A stretch of DNA of 64,000 bases from a virus: IMG/VR virus record IMGVR_UViG_3300045988_082633; one strand, written 5' to 3'. The notes under the pieces are model-generated. The model was not told the origin of the DNA. It saw only the letters and a list, made by a program, of their open reading frames with translations, and made no database searches. Shown here one piece after another: positions 63,508 to 64,000 of the stretch. A program made the translations under genes and the position numbers. Numbering within the stretch: position 1 is the stretch's first letter; each line of letters begins with the position of its first letter.

Positions 63508-64000
63508 AATCTCCTATTTTAATATATTCATTACTAACAGCTACTACTTCATGAGAACAATAAAGAAAAAGTCTTGCATAAACTTCACCTTTAGTATTGC
63601 ATAATTTTCTAAATAATTTTTTGTTATTATTTACAGCAATACTTGTTATATATCTATAATATCTTTCTTGTGAAATATGTTTAGCATTTTCTTTATTAAG
63701 TGCTTTTTTAAATATTATATATTTCTCTTTTCCAAGTTGTTCTTTAGCTTCTTGAATTAGAGCTTGTTGTTCACTTGTTTTAAGCATTTGAATAGTCTTT
63801 GGTGTTCTTATATTTCCTATAAAAGGAATACCAGTCCAACGACCTTCTCTAAGAAAATTAGCAGCTTCAAACTCACAATGTTCAATAATAGCAAGTGCAA
63901 TATCTTTATCAATTATATTTTTGTCAATACAATTTAGAATATCTTGTTTTCTACATATTGTAACATCGTATCCTCCATTTGGAAATTTAAAAATATCCTC
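63497..64000 (-). CDS. hypothetical protein, 5'-truncated by the window edge (at least 167 aa)
   Basis: The 96-aa ORF 63497..63787 of the track is only the part after an internal Met. The same frame stays open upstream to nt 64000 (EDIFKFPNGGYDVTICRKQDILNCIDKNIIDKDIALAIIEHCEFEAANFLREGRWTGIPFIGNIRTPKTIQ-MLKTSEQQ...). Confidence 0.6.
   Translation of the reverse strand, partial: EDIFKFPNGGYDVTICRKQDILNCIDKNIIDKDIALAIIEHCEFEAANFLREGRWTGIPFIGNIRTPKTIQMLKTSEQQALIQEAKEQLGKEKYIIFKKALNKENAKHISQERYYRYITSIAVNNNKKLFRKLCNTKGEVYARLFLYCSHEVVAVSNEYIKIGDYEQ

Noticed and set aside
1-64000. Stop-codon reassignment (TAG or TGA recoding), as described for some crAss-like lineages.
   Set aside because: ORFs of 4264, 2597, 1515 and 1417 aa are uninterrupted in the standard code. 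Genes are tightly packed with ordinary stops. The only anomalous in-frame stop is a single TAA at 2631-2633, which is reported separately.
1-64000. CRISPR array, diversity-generating retroelement, integrase/lysogeny module.
   Set aside because: There is no regularly spaced direct-repeat array. There is no reverse-transcriptase-like ORF and no template/variable repeat pair of about 100 nt. There is no tyrosine- or serine-recombinase-like ORF. The excisionase-like HTH at 38559..38858 stands alone and is better read as a regulator.

Overview
This 64-kb window is AT-rich (about 30% G+C by eye, not computed). It reads as one contiguous piece of a crAss-like (Crassvirales-type) podophage genome, probably from a Bacteroidota host. 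Positions 1-1671 are the end of a plus-strand nucleotide-metabolism block: a DUF932-like C-terminus, a dUTPase with a C-terminal extension, a small helical protein and a thioredoxin-fold protein. A convergence zone (1672-2237) carries intrinsic terminators and a minus-strand tRNA-Gln(UUG) with its own promoter and terminator. From 64000 down to 2238 there is one minus-strand gene array. In transcription order it holds a RecB-like nuclease, candidate lysis genes, large terminase, a small HExxH protein, portal, a scaffold-like protein, major capsid protein and capsid/connector genes. These are followed by fibre genes (LamG-like plus LRR; Big_2) and an accessory island with its own promoters and terminators (35.3-39.9 kb). 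The array ends with tail/cargo genes, a 2597-aa polyvalent protein (zincin HExxH plus a PARP-like H-Y-E ADP-ribosyltransferase C-terminus) and a 4264-aa virion-RNA-polymerase-type giant protein (DFDID loop). Almost all plus-strand ORFs in the supplied track between 2.2 and 64 kb are antisense shadows. The most unusual signal is not a gene. A GC-rich motif of about 22 nt (core CTACGGGGGAG / CTCCCCCGTAG) occurs 14 times, plus one degenerate copy. It is found on both strands, in several reading frames inside nine unrelated ORFs and at three intergenic spots, sometimes as inverted pairs. Also reported are four related AT-rich intergenic elements (core GGCTTAAAYC), canonical Bacteroides-type -33/-7 promoters, an ORF split by an in-frame TAA beside the tRNA, and a candidate lysis cassette. 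All functional calls rest on motifs read by eye and on recollection of protein families; no searches were run.
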